A DNA stretch of 33,489 bases from Chiloscyllium plagiosum. Its lineage: Eukaryota. This document shows positions 1 through 11,697 of this stretch, piece by piece. A model generated the notes under the pieces. That model was not told the origin of the DNA. It did not search any database and was given only the letters and a program-made list of their open reading frames with translations. The position numbers were made by a program, and so were the translations under genes. The stretch covers positions 275,676 through 309,164 of the forward strand of contig NC_057718.1 in assembly GCF_004010195.1 (NCBI RefSeq). The letters run 5' to 3'. Each line of letters begins with the position of its first letter. The first letter of the stretch is position 1.

Positions 1-690
1 CCCTTTCCCTTCTGAGCCTCAGAGCCGGACCTCGTGCCAGAGACCCGGTCACTGCAGCTTATCCCTGCTAGGCCGTCCCCCCCAACAGTATCCAAAGCGG
101 TATACTTATTGTTTAGGGGAACGACCACAGGGGATCCCTGCACTGCCTGCTTCCTCCCCTTCCCACCTCTAACTGTTACCCAGCTACCTCTGTTCTCTGG
201 TGTAGCTATGTCCCTGTAGCTTCTATCTCTCACCCTCTCAGCCTCTTGAATAATCCTCAGTTCATCCAACTCCAGTTCCAGTTCACTAACTCGTTCTGTG
301 AGGAGCAGGATCTGACTGCATTTCCAGCAGATGAAGTCGGCAGGAGTATCGGTGGTCACCCCTACCTCGAACATCCTGCAGGAGGAACATTCCACCGCCT
401 GCGCTGCCATTACTCTACACCTCGTCTCCAAAACAAGAACACTGACTAGCTTACTTGTGGACTTTAAAATTAGGTTAGAGGAGGAGGATGGGAGGGAGGC
501 CCTACTATGTATGGCCTGGGGTCTAGAACACACCCACTCAAATATCAATCACTTACCTTCCCGACCAGCTCTGCGCTCCAACCTCACTTCCGCTCAGCTC
601 GCGCCGCTCTCTGCTGTGAAAAGACCGTTGGCGTCGAGGCAAGTTCTTTATATATCAATCACTTACCTTCCTGACCAGCTCTGCACTCCA
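1..690 (-). mobile_element. 5' end of a CR1 LINE: 5' UTR (about 411-690) and ORF1 N-terminus (ATG at 410, open to the window edge)
   Basis: The minus strand from 410 reads MAAQAVECSSCRMFEVGVTTDTPADFICWKCSQILLLTERVSELELELDELRIIQEAE...QGSPVVVPLNNKYTALDTVGGD. This is a CxxC..CxxC finger plus leucine zipper typical of CR1 ORF1. There is no stop before position 1, so it is absent from the ORF track. Confidence 0.85.
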
Positions 691-699
691 TGAACAAAG

Positions 700-1460
700 C
701 CAGCTAAAATTAGACAACATTGAGTGTTAGTGAGCAGCTTATTGTTGGGAATGTGTTGTTTAAGGGCACTATCAACTTCCCTTCCATGACTTCACTGATG
801 ATTGACAGGTAACTGATTAGATTAAAACAACTGGGCTTTTCCTGCCTTTTTCAGCTCAGGACATTGCTAGACAATTGGTTACATTAGTTGGTAGAACCAA
901 TATTGAAGATATATTGGCACAGCTAGTCTTGTGGCCTGGCCAGTTTTGGAACCCGAACCTTCAGTGGCTGGAAAGTTGTCAGAGTCTACAGCTTTTGCAA
1001 TACCCACTTCCTTCAATTGTTTCCTGATAGTACGTGGAGTGAATCAAATTAGCTCAAGACCAGCATCTGTGATGCTGAGATCCTCAGGAAACGGGCATGA
1101 TTAGAAGATGCAAAATGGACCTCTGTGTGGTCTGCATTTACTGCAAGCAAAACAAAACATTTTACTCTACCGAGGTACATGTGACAATGATAAACCAAAT
1201 GATAATGATGGATCATCAACTTGACACTTTATGTTAGGATGGATCTGTCTTGTCATGGAATGATATCCTGTGTTCCCTCAGCACTGTGTCTGGGAATATT
1301 TATGGCGATGACTCCTCCTGTTTTTGGTCTAATTGTCCATCTCCATTCACTGTTCCTCTCGACTGGACTGCACAGCTCAGAGGTGATCTGCTGTTTGGGT
1401 GATCTCTTAGCTGTGTCAATCATAAGCTGCTTTCACAGTTTATCTTTCTTTTACTGATAT
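700..1460 (-). mobile_element. Heavily decayed non-LTR retrotransposon (RT-region) remnant
   Basis: Residual antisense RT-like segments (e.g. ccttccatgacttcactgatgattgac, encoding a PISxxSxxxKxME-like motif); no open frame. Confidence 0.45.
1140..1200 (+). mobile_element. Short Rex1/Babar-type 3' tail fragment
   Basis: aaacattttactctaccgaggtacatgtgacaatgataaa resembles the Rex1 3' end at 6440-6485 (aaagcttttcactgtgcctctgtgcatgtgacaataaa). Confidence 0.5.
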
Positions 1461-1899
1461 GTTTAATACCACCAGACTGATGCACTCAATCTTTCACGTA
1501 GCAACGGCCTGTAAATCTTCAATGGCATCTTTCTGCTCAAAGTGCTCTGTGGTGCCATCCCACACTGTTACACAGGCAATGATCTTCAGCCCCAGCACCA
1601 CATCTTCACCAAACAAAGGTCAGTGATCCTGCTGCACCACAGCAACAGGCATTGCTCTCACCCAGAAATATCCTATGGCCCCAAACCAAACTGTTTCCCC
1701 AGCAACAGAAGGTGAAAGAGGATTCAAGGAAGAGAAGCATGGAGAGTGTGATGGGTAAATAGGGAGTGCAAGAGGGAAAGAGATTGAAGAAAAATGAGGA
1801 GGGAGTGACAATTAAATAGAGTGAGTAAATGGGAGGAGAGAATGGGAAGGAAATATGGATGGAGTGGGAACAAGAGAGAGAGATGAATTCTACCAAGGC

Positions 1900-2236
1900 C
1901 AGATGGCACAGAGGCTCAGTGGTTAGCACTACCGCCTCACAGCACCAGGGACCAGTGTTTGATTCCAGCCTCAGGTGACTGTCTGTGTGGATTTTGCACA
2001 TTTTCCCTGTGTCTGCATGGGTTTCCTCTGGGTGCTCCGGTTTCCTCCCACAGTCCAAAGATGTGCGGGTTCGGTGAATTGGCCATGGGAAATTGGCCAT
2101 AGTGTTCAGGGATGTGTAGGAGAGGTGCATTAGTAGAATAATAGGGTAGGGGAATGGGTCTGGGTGAGTTACTCTTTGGAGGGTCAGTGTGGACTTGTTG
2201 GACCAAAGGGCCTGTTTCCACACTGTAGGATTCTAA
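1900..2236 (+). mobile_element. HE1-type V-SINE (tRNA-derived head, V-domain, CR1-like tail)
   Basis: A/B-box-like head (ggctcagtggttagcact...tttgattcc), V-SINE core gggtttcctctgggtgctccggtttcctcccacagtccaaagatgtgc, tail ggaccaaagggcctgtttcc; homologous to 12764-13090. Confidence 0.9.
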
Positions 2237-2650
2237 AACAATGAATGGGTAACCCATAAGTGAAAACAAGGGCAAAGTGACTGAAACTCAAATCCTGAAC
2301 TTGGCACCGGTTCCCTCCCCTTCTCTGAGGGTAAAGACTTGGGGTCGAGTCTATCTCTCTTCAGCTCAACTTATTTAATACAAAGACTAACAACAGTACA
2401 GTTCACTCTACTGCTTGGTACTTTTTAATGAACGTTTTCATTATTTATAAAGTGACGTTATAGAAACAGTCAGTGGAATGGTGCCTTTTCTAATTGGCCC
2501 CGAGTTGAGAGAAACATTGAAACGTGTCCCTGCAACCCCCTGTGGGATATGGTTGGATAAACCAACACTAACCTCAGTCTGTTACCATAGCGACAGACTG
2601 TTTCATTGCTGAAACATGAAACTGAAATGAGAAAATCCTGGATGGATTGA

Positions 2651-3558
2651 TTAGTGAGAGAATTTGATTGATGGATGAATTTGGGTAAAGGGATATTTCA
2701 GCGCATTCTTCAGCTGCTGCCTGAACTTAGTCTGGGTCATGGCATAAATCGCGGTGTTTGTGCAGCAACTGAGGAGCTGCAGCATGAAGCCCAATTCCAT
2801 CACGAACAAACTTAGAAACATAGACTTATAGCCCAAATACCACATCCGGTTCCATATAGAATACACCATTAATGTTGACCATAATAGGATGAAATTGGCC
2901 GAGATGACAAACAATAAAATGATGGATTTTTTTCGATTTTGCATTTCGGTGTCACATTGAACATCCCCATTGGTTTGAGCCCGGAGTCTCCTGCGGGCTT
3001 TGCTGGTCACTAAAATGTGTCTAATGGTGAAAATGTTGAACAGTAGAATCAGGAGAAATGGGAGAGTCGGAGTTAGAATCTAGTGGAGGAACTCGATTGT
3101 GACCCAGACACGGGAGTAAACAACACCTTTTGTTCCTCCACAAAACCAGGGGTCGTTTTCCAGCCAATACTCACCTGTTAATAAAAAATACCAGAAAATG
3201 TTCTTTAAACAGCTCAGCACAGTCACTGCTCCCAGAACCACAACCGCCGTTTTCTCACTGCAATATTTACTTTTCAGTTTCTGGCAACAAATGGCCACAA
3301 ATCGATCGAAGGTGAAAGTGACGGTGAACCAGACAGAACAGTCAGTGGCTGCATAAAGCAGGACGGCGTGGATATTACACACAGGGATGGAATACATGAA
3401 GGCAAACTCTTCAGCATAAACAATGGGAATGTGTCTCAGGATCAGGTCAAGGATAATGACCAGGAGATCCGCCGCTGCCATGGCCCCCAGGTAACGTCTG
3501 ACACATGGAGACAATCCACAATCTTTATAAAGCAGGACATAGATGGTCACAACATTAA
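2651..3558 (-). pseudogene. Exon 2 of a class A (rhodopsin-like) GPCR, GPR139/GPR142-like; in-frame TAG at 3080-3082
   Basis: ORFs 3080-3577 and 2651-3010 are in the same frame. The joined reading gives late TM1 (VNVVTIYVL), TM2 MAAADLL, TM3 PVCN...TFDRFVAIC, TM4, ECL2 WFC, TM5 EFLH*ILTPTLPFLLILLFN, TM6 KSIILLFVISANFILLW, TM7 SCCTNTAIY and helix 8 KFRQQL, ending in TAA at 2651-2653. Confidence 0.9.
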
Positions 3559-3585
3559 CTGTGAAGAGGGAAAACAAAGAAATTA
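3559..3585 (-). promoter_or_regulatory. Splice acceptor of the GPCR intron
   Basis: The minus strand reads tttctttgttttccctcttcacAG|TTAATGTT: a polypyrimidine tract with AG at 3560-3559. Phase 1 matches the donor at 19713. Confidence 0.85.
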
Positions 3586-4171
3586 TCCATCAGCCTGGAT
3601 GCAAGATTACCAGATCGATTCAGGAGAAAGTGAGATTTTCAAATGTGTCAATGTATGCAGAGACTTGTTGAAGGAATTGAATCTTAAATAACAAATGGGA
3701 AGGTCTGAATTGCTGACAAAAGTGTGATGTAATTCACAAAAATACCCGCCCTCCCCAAACACACAGACCCACATTGATAGGAACAGATGGCTTCCTCGAA
3801 CATTCCCACACACTCAAACACTCTCGAGCAGGCACAGGATTCTCCTGAAGGATTCTCTCCCAGTTCCTTGAAGACAAAGGAGTTTTGGAAATTTCTGTCT
3901 CTTAGTCTAAGTTGTGGTCTATTCTCTGTAGTGAAGAAATGTAAATGCAGAGAAGATGTATACACCGCTTTTACTGCCTGAGGGGATTTCAAAACATTGT
4001 TTCCTTCTTTCTGACTTGGGAGTTCTTGTCTCATTATAAAATACAATTTATGACAGAAATGCTTTTGTCCTCAGATGTTACCGTGAACATTCCCAACTTA
4101 TATCTTCTTCATTGCTAACAAAGATTCTATTGTCCTTTGCCTTGGACTATTTCTGTCTATACTGGTTCCAT

Positions 4172-4375
4172 AGTCTCCCACTCAGTTGGCTCGACGGCTG
4201 GTTTGAGATGCAGGGGAGGCCAACAGTGTAGGTTCAATTCCCACAATGGTAAATGTTACCATGAATGGCCCGCTTTCTCATCTCACCCCTTGCCCGGTAT
4301 GTGGGGACCGTCAGGTTATACAACCATGACTGCGATCTCCTTAACAAGTCACCGAGGACTATAGCAACTTTATTC
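4172..4375 (+). mobile_element. tRNA-derived SINE of a family distinct from HE1
   Basis: A-box-like ctcagttggctcga and B-box ggttcaattccc about 50 nt apart; about 200 bp long, ending ggactatagcaactttattc. Confidence 0.65.
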
Positions 4376-4689
4376 TATCATTGTTAGCATAATAAAAAAT
4401 TCTCTGCATTATCCTTTATATTTCCATTTTATTCCTGGGTGTTCTGGATATCCACTGTTGCATTTTACCCCACACTGCACATTCCTGCCCTCTCCACGAT
4501 AATCTTATACTCCGTTGTTACTCATGAATCTGTTTGTGCCTCAAACATACTCAATACCTCTCCGTCTGATGCTATCTGGTGATCAGAGTTTCAAAGACTC
4601 CCAACACTCTGAAAAAAATAGCAAACCTTCTCTGTTTTAAATGGAAAATGATTTTAAACAGGCATAAAGTGGGCCCACTGTCTGTACTT

Positions 4690-5132
4690 TCAATCAACTT
4701 TAGGATGGAGATGTTGGTGCAGCTCTACCCTGTCTGACGAGAACACATCGGGAGGACTGTGTGTGAAGGTTGTTTTGATCTCTGGTATGATAGCATTTAA
4801 AATTTGTGATGAAGAGAAGAGCAGTAAGACTAGAAAAGGAAGCAGTTACTCTCCAAACTCGGTCAGAACAGGGATGAGGAGAAATTCATAATGCGGGAAT
4901 TCATTCGAGTTGGAACTCTTTTTCCCAGGAGTTTGTGATGGCTGGATCATTTAATTATGTTGAGGCTGGCGTTGTTTGAGTTTGATAGACAAGTGAATCA
5001 GGAATAATGGAGTATGGACAGAAAAGTGCAGCTGGGACCACAATGAGAAGAGCCACGATCTTATTTACTGGTGCAGTAGCGTTAAAGGTCCAAATGAACC
5101 ACTCATGCTTCTCAGTCCTATGTTCTCTTATT
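4690..5132 (+). mobile_element. Old CR1 3' fragment
   Basis: Decayed CR1 ORF2 C-terminus and 3' UTR (gggatgaggagaaattc...) ending cctatgttctcttatt. Confidence 0.55.
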
Positions 5133-5164
5133 CCGTTCAGCCCTTTGAACCCTGCTACACAGGA

Positions 5165-6486
5165 GCGGACTCCAATTTGCCTATCGGACCAACAGACCCA
5201 TGTCAGATGCCATATCACTTGCCCTTCAGTCCTTCCTAGAACATCTTGACACCAAGAATAGCTACGTAAGAATCCTACTCATTGACTACAGTTCAGCCTT
5301 CAACACTATTATCCCCACGAGACTGATTACTTAACTTAGTGATCTCGGACTAAGCCCCACTCTCTGCAAATGGATCCTCAGTTTCCTGACCCACAGGCCA
5401 CAGTCAGTGAAGATTGGGGCCAATATTTCATCCTCAGTAGCACTCAACACTGGAGCCCTCCAGGGGTGGATACTCAGCCCCCTAGTGTACTCACTGTATA
5501 CCCATGACTGCGTCGCCAAATACCAGACTAAAGCTATTTACAAGTTCGCTGATGACACCACCATAGTCGGTCGACACCACCATTGTCGGGCGACAAAACA
5601 GACTACAGATGGGAGGCGGAAGACCTGGAAAAATGGTGCACTGAGATCAACCTAGCTCTCAATGCCAGCAAAACCAAGGAACTCATTATTGACTTTCAGC
5701 AGGATGGCACTCATTCCTGATTAAGGGCTTTTGCCCAAAACGGTGATTTTCCTGCTCCTCGGATGCTGCCTGACCTGCTGTGCTTTTCCAGCACCACTCT
5801 AATCTAGACTCTGTTACTCATGTCCCCCTACACATTAACAGCACAGAGGTGGAACGAGTGGAGAGTGTCAAGCTCCTGGGAGGGGTCACCAACAACAAGC
5901 TTTCTTGGACTCTTCATGTGGATGCACTGGTTACAAAGGCCCAACAACGTCTCGTCTTCCTCAGGCAGCTGAGAAAATCTGGCATAACGACGAATACTCT
6001 CGCCACCTTTTATAGGTGCACCATGGAGAGTATTCTGTCTGGATGTATCACTACCTTGTACGGCAACTGTACCATTCAAGATCGGAGACGGTTACAGAGA
6101 GTGGGGAACTCGGCCCAGACAATCACAAAGGCCAACCTCCCATCTATAGAATCCATCTACCAGGCCCGCTGTCAAGGAAAGGCCTCCAGCATTCTCAAAA
6201 ATCCATCCCACCCTGGCAATGTTTTTCTACAACCTCTACCATCAGGGAGAAGGTACAGAAGCCTGAACACATGCACCAGCCGGTTTCGAAACAGTTTCTA
6301 CCCTACTGTTGTTAGAATACTGAATGGACTCACAAACTCTTAACATTCGGCTGTACCTGTGTTTTTGCTTTTGCTGCTGTTTACCTCTTATTTACTAGCT
6401 ATGCTATTTAACTCTGTGATCTGCCTGTATTCCTCACAAGACAAAGCTTTTCACTGTGCCTCTGTGCATGTGACAATAAATTAAAT
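5165..6486 (+). mobile_element. 5'-truncated Rex1/Babar LINE (RT, C-terminal domain, 3' UTR), disrupted
   Basis: Motifs [75 protein letters not shown] and LPSGRRYRS...RFRNSFYP; 3' tail ...catgtgacaataaattaaat. Confidence 0.9.
5706..5812 (+). mobile_element. Penelope-like terminal-repeat (pLTR) fragment nested in Rex1
   Basis: cattcctgattaagggcttttgcccaaaacggtgattttcctgctcctcggatgctgcctgacctgctgtgc matches the other pLTR copies. The Rex1 reading resumes after it. Confidence 0.85.
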
Positions 6487-6754
6487 ACAGGCTACTTGAT
6501 TGGTTCAGTGAAGGTTGGAAAATCGACTTGGCAAATCTGGGCTGGGATCCCCAGACCTGTCCCTGTTTCCAGGCTTCCCATCTCTCCAACCTCGGATTGA
6601 GACATTGGTCATGCTACAAACGCGGATTCACTGTAGTACAGCCCCCATACCTCACCCATGATTAACTCAACCAAATCCCCTGGTCTCCCTGAATGCAACA
6701 TTGCACAACACGATGTCCATGAAAATTACCAGTTACTTTCCAATAATAGACCAC

Positions 6755-8700
6755 AAAAACATAAGAAATAGGAGCAGGAGTAGGCAATTCTACCACTCAA
6801 ATCTACTCTGTCATTCAATAAGAGCATGGATGATCTGTTCCATTGCTCAAAACTACTTTGATGCCAACACCTTGTATCCCTCAACTCAACGATATGTCAA
6901 AAACCCATTCAGCTCATATCTATAAATACTTTCAGTGGCCTAGCCCCCCAAACCTCTGTGGGTTAGGGAATTCCAGACATACACAACCTTCTGAGAGAAG
7001 GAATTTCTTTTTGTCTTAGGTCCACATCAACGTCCCTTGTTCTGTATCTATGTCCCGTGTTCGAGACTCCGCCCAGGAGTGGAAACACCTTCAGAACATC
7101 AGCCTTGTCAAACCCTCTCTGTATCTTGTATGTTTCAGTAATATCACCCCTCATTCATTTCAAATGCAATGAATAAATACCTAAACATTTTAGATGTTTT
7201 TAATAACTCAACACATCCATCCCAGGAAACAATCTAATTAATCAACCTAGTTTCTTGCTGCAACAGCGTGCTAATTTTATATTTCATACACAGGAAGACT
7301 CCAATCCCTTTGTACTGCACTTGCGTTTTGGAATCCTATCTATTAAATAACAGCCTGCCTTTTGGCTCTCAGTGCTAAAGTGTATGATCTCATGCTTTTC
7401 TCTTTACAATAAACTCCATCTGCCAATGATTTGCCCGATCACTGACTGTATGCACATCCCATTTCAGATTGCTTGCATCCTTACTGCAACACACTCTCCC
7501 ATATATGTTTCCCTCATCCACAAACTTGGATATGTATTGCACTCAGCCCCCACCTTGAAGCCATCTGTATAGATTATAAATAACTGATGCCATTGGTCTG
7601 ATATTTACAGCTCTCCAGTAAATACATCTTATTAATCTGATAATCCCATTCATCCACACTCTCCACCTCTGCGTTAACCAATCTACGTTCCATGATAATT
7701 TATTATCTGTCATGCGCATGTGTTCAGGCTTCTGTACCTTCTCCCTGATGGTAGAGGTTGTAGAAAAACATTGCCAGGGTGGGATGGATCTTTGAGAATG
7801 CTGGAGGCCTTTCCTTGACAGCGGGCCTGGTAGATGGATTCTATAGATGGGAGGTTGGCCCTTGTGATTGTCTGGGCCGAGTTCCCCACTCTCTGTAACC
7901 GTCTCCGATCTTGAATGGTACAGTCTTGTCTTGCGTAATGACTTTTATTTTCTGCTACCGTGTAGAAAATCTCTGGAAAGTCAAGTGCACTGCCTCGCAG
8001 TCCCCTTTTATCAATTCTGTTTTTCATATTCTCAAGGAAGTTCTGCAAGATTTTGCATGATTTTACAGGCCAAAATATAATTTCCTTTTCACAAAACCAT
8101 GCTGACTCTGTGTGAAGCTTTTCTAAATGTGCTGCAATCCTTTCCTTAATAACGGAGTCTAGCAGATTGTCAGCTAAATCGTCCAGAGATTCCAGCTTTT
8201 TGTCTCACTTCTTCCTTGAAGATCGGCACCACATTGGAGGTTCTCCAGTCTCGTTGGAACACTCCTGTAATCCAGGGTTTTATGGAATATTTCAAACAAT
8301 GCTGCCAGTTGCTCTGCAACTATTTCCATTAAAACTGTGTATCATTTGTTGCTGACTTGTGTACCCTTGTCTGGTAGTCCAAAACCTTCTTCCTTTTGTT
8401 AGAGACAGTTCACAGACTTTCCAGCTATTATCATTTGCTTATATCATTGACAGAAATACAGTGTCTTCCACTGTGTGGAATGATGCAAAATATTGTTTTA
8501 AATTATCTGCCTGTTCCATGTCACCAATTCGCCAGTATCATCCTCCAAGTGTCCCACATATACTTCCGTGATTTTCTTTCTTCCTTCCAAGGGTCACACA
8601 TTCATCTTGAACCTTTTTTTTATATTTACACGATAAAGCTCATGTTACTTGTTTCTTGATTTCTTGGCAATTTATTTTCAAATTATTTCTCTTGCTTTTC
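6755..8700 (-). mobile_element. Old decayed CR1 LINE with internal deletions
   Basis: The 3' end cataagaaataggagcaggagtaggc is at 6759; MRGDITETYKIQRGFDKAD in ORF 6963-7154; further RT remnants. Confidence 0.75.
7716..7924 (-). mobile_element. Internal Rex1 fragment, an inverted near-identical copy of 6066-6274
   Basis: The 209-bp reverse complement aligns to 6066-6274 with 2 mismatches (CTIQDRRRLQRVGNSAQTIT...RYRSLNTC). Confidence 0.92.
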
Positions 8701-8794
8701 TTTGCTTCATAGAATCGTCGGGCACAGAAACAGACCATTCATTCCCAATGGTCCATGCCGATCAGGTTTTACAAACTAAATTAGCTCCACTTAG

Positions 8795-9350
8795 TTTCTT
8801 GACTTTCATGGCCTTATGTGGTAGAGAATTTCCTAGGTTCACCAATCTCTGAGTGCAGAAATTTATTCTCCTTTCACTGTAGAGTGGCCTGTCTGTACCT
8901 AATACTGTGGCCCTTTGTTTTATAAATCCCAGCCAGGGAAATTATCATCCTTGCTTCCAATATGTCTTTGTCCTGTGAGAGTTTGATCTATTTTAATGAT
9001 ATCTCCACTAATTTTCATAAACCTCATGGAAAACAGACTCAGTTGCCCCAAACTCTGCCCCCATAACAAACCTGCCATCCTGGAGATCAGTCCGGTCATC
9101 CTTCACTGCACTCACTCAACATCAGGTTTCTCCCTTCCTAGGTAAGAAAATCAAAACTGCACAGAATTCAGTACAATACTCAAGGTGAGGTCTGTTGAAG
9201 GCCTTGTTCAGCTGCAGTAAGGCAGCCTTACTCCTGTACCAAGATCTCCTTGAGATGAAGATCAACTCATCATTTCTTTTCCAACTGTTTTCTGCTTCTG
9301 AAATATTGCTTTCTTTGACTGGTACACAGGGAGATCCAGATCCTTTCAAT
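8795..9350 (-). mobile_element. Old CR1 3' region
   Basis: ORF 9122-9349 contains LLQLNKAFNRPHLEYC, a CR1 ORF2 C-terminal motif. Confidence 0.75.
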
Positions 9351-9429
9351 GTTACTGCTACCCTGTTAGAGGGGTCCTATGTATACTGACTCTTGATAAA
9401 TATGTACCGGTCAGGCAGAGAAGTCGTTG

Positions 9430-11406
9430 GTTGAGTGTGGGAGCTGTGGTTCACCAAGGAAGTTGAAGAAGAAGGCTTATGTTAGGATGACATATGATGG
9501 CTCATCCTAACATAAGTTAGGGTGCTTGAGAGTTATAAGTTAGCCAGGAAAGACCTAAAGAGACAGCTAAGAAGAGCCAGGAGGGGACATGAGGAATCAT
9601 TGGCAGATAGGAATAATGAAAACACTAAGGCTTTCCATTGCTACATCAAGAATAAAAGAGTGACACAAGTAAGATGAGGGCCAATCAAGCATAGTAGTAG
9701 GAAGTTGTGCATGGAATCAGAGGAGATAAGGGAAGCGTGAAATGAATACTCTTCATCAGTATTCACACTGAAAATAGACAATGTGGTTGAGGAGAATACT
9801 GAGATAGACTAGATGGGATTGAGGTGCATAAGGAGGAGGTGTTAGCAATTCTAGAAAGTGTGAAAATAGATAAATCCCCTGGGCCAGATGAGATTTATTT
9901 TAGGATTCTCTAGGAAGTCAGGGAGGAGATTGCCAAGCCTTTGGTTTTGATGTTTATGTCATCATTGTCTACAGGAATAGTGCCAGACGACTGGAGGATA
10001 GTAAATGTTATTCCCTTATTCAAGAAGGGGAGTAGAGACAACCCTGGAAATTATAGACCAGTGAGCCTTACTTTGGTTGTGGGTAAAGTGTTGGAAAGAG
10101 TTATAAGAGACAGGATTTATAATCATCTAGAGATGAATAAGTTGATTAGCAATAGTCAACGCAGTTTTGTGAAGGGTAGGTCATGATTCACAAACCTTAT
10201 TGAGTTCTTTGAGAAGGTGACCAGACAGGGGATGACAGTAAAGTGGTTGATGTGGTGTACATGGATTTCAGTAAGGCATTTGATAAGGTTCCCACAGTAG
10301 GCTATTGCTGAAAATCTAGAGGCATGGGATTGAGGATGATTTAGCAGTTTGGATCAAAAATTGGCTAGCTGAAAGAAAGATAGAGAGTAGTGGTTGATGG
10401 GAAATATTCATCCGGGAGTTCAATTACTAGAGGGGTTCCACAACAATCTGTTTTGGGTCCACTCTTGTTGGTTAATTTTATAAATGACCTGGATGAGGGC
10501 ATAGAAGGATGGGTTAGTAAATTTGCTAAGGTCGGTAGAGTTGTGGATACTGACGAAGGATGTTGTAGGTTACAGAGAGACATAGATAAGCTGCAGAGCT
10601 GGGCTGAGAAGTCGCAAGTGGAGTTTAATGCAGAAAATTATGAGGTGATTCACTTTGTAAGGAGTAACAGGAATGCAGAGTACTAAGCTAATGGTAAAAT
10701 TCTTGGTAGTGTAGATGAGCAGAGAAGTCTCAGTGTCCAGGTACATAGATCCTTGAAAGTTGTCATCCAGTTTGATAGGGTTTTTAAGAAGGCATATGGT
10801 GTGTTAGCTTTTATTGCTAGAGGAATTGAGTTTCAGAACCATGAGGTCATGCTGCAGATCTGGTGCGGCCGCATTTGGAGTTTTGCATACAGTTCTGGTC
10901 ACTGCATTGTAGGAAGGATGTGGAAGCTTTGGAAATGGTTCAGAAGAGATTTACTAGGATGTTGCCTGGCATGGAGGGAAGATCTTATGAGGAAAGGCTG
11001 AGGGAACTGAGGCTGTTTTTGTTAGAGAGAAGAAGGTTGAGAGGTGACTTATTTGAGACATATGAGATAATCAGAGGGTTAGATAGAGTGGACAGTGAGA
11101 ACCTTTTTCCTCAAATGGTGATGGCTAGCACGAGGGGACATAGCTTTAAATTGACGGGTGGTAGATATAGGACAGATGTCAGAGGTAGTTTCTTTACTCA
11201 GAGAGTAGCAGGAGCGTCAAACGTTCTGCCTGCAACAGTGATAGACTCACCAACTTTAAGGGCATTTAAGTGGTTATTTGATAGGCATTTGGATGAGAAT
11301 GGAATAGTGTAAGATAGCTGGGCTTCAGATTGGTTCCACAGGTCGGTGCAACATCAAGGGCCAAAGGGCCTGTACTGTGCTGCAATGGTTTATGTTCCAC
11401 GTTCTA
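9430..11406 (+). mobile_element. 5'-truncated CR1 (HER1-like) LINE with disrupted ORF2 RT
   Basis: Motifs DWRIVNVIPLFKKG..NYRPVSLT, MDFSKAFDKVP, GVPQQSVLGPLL, RPHLEFCIQFW and RRLRGDL; tail gggcctgtactgtgctg..tatgttccacgttcta; multiple stops and frameshifts. Confidence 0.92.
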
Positions 11407-11641
11407 TCTGACTTTGCCCATTAATTTCTGTCTGAATAATTTGTCCAAATCCGTTTATTTACTAATTTCATTTCAATCCCATTTTTCTCATCAGAATTAT
11501 GTTTCATAGTGTTACTGAGAAGATGTTTGTTTTGCTTAGCTGTTTTTCTGTGAAGACAGAAGTGAAGTAGTTACTTTATTGTTCTGCCATTTCCGTGTTC
11601 CCCATTTTCTCTTCTCTGGTTTCTGAGCGTAAGGAAGCTGA

Positions 11642-11697
11642 TTTCTGATGAAGGGCTTTTGCCCGAAACATTGATTCTCCTGCTCCTCGGATGCTTC
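11642..11697 (+). mobile_element. Penelope pLTR fragment with hammerhead core
   Basis: ctgatgaagggcttttgcccgaaacattgattctcctgctcctcggatgc. Confidence 0.8.

Noticed and set aside
1606..2275. 205-aa and 112-aa ORFs (also 12691-13060)
   Set aside because: These are antisense translations of HE1 SINEs (CGRKPEHPEETHADTG) and a purine-rich tract.
2370..2430. ATTAAA poly(A) signals for the GPCR on the minus strand
   Set aside because: Variant hexamers in AT-rich sequence cannot be supported without transcript data.
3077..3085. Programmed readthrough or editing of the TAG
   Set aside because: The context TAG-ATT is not a known leaky context, and exon 1 has additional lesions.
3559..3577. Start MFSLFT of ORF 3080-3577
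   Set aside because: It is a non-ATG start within the intron's polypyrimidine tract; the real exon begins at 3558.
5780..6343. 187-aa ORF as a cellular gene
   Set aside because: It is the C-terminus of the Rex1 RT ORF, and its start lies within the nested pLTR.
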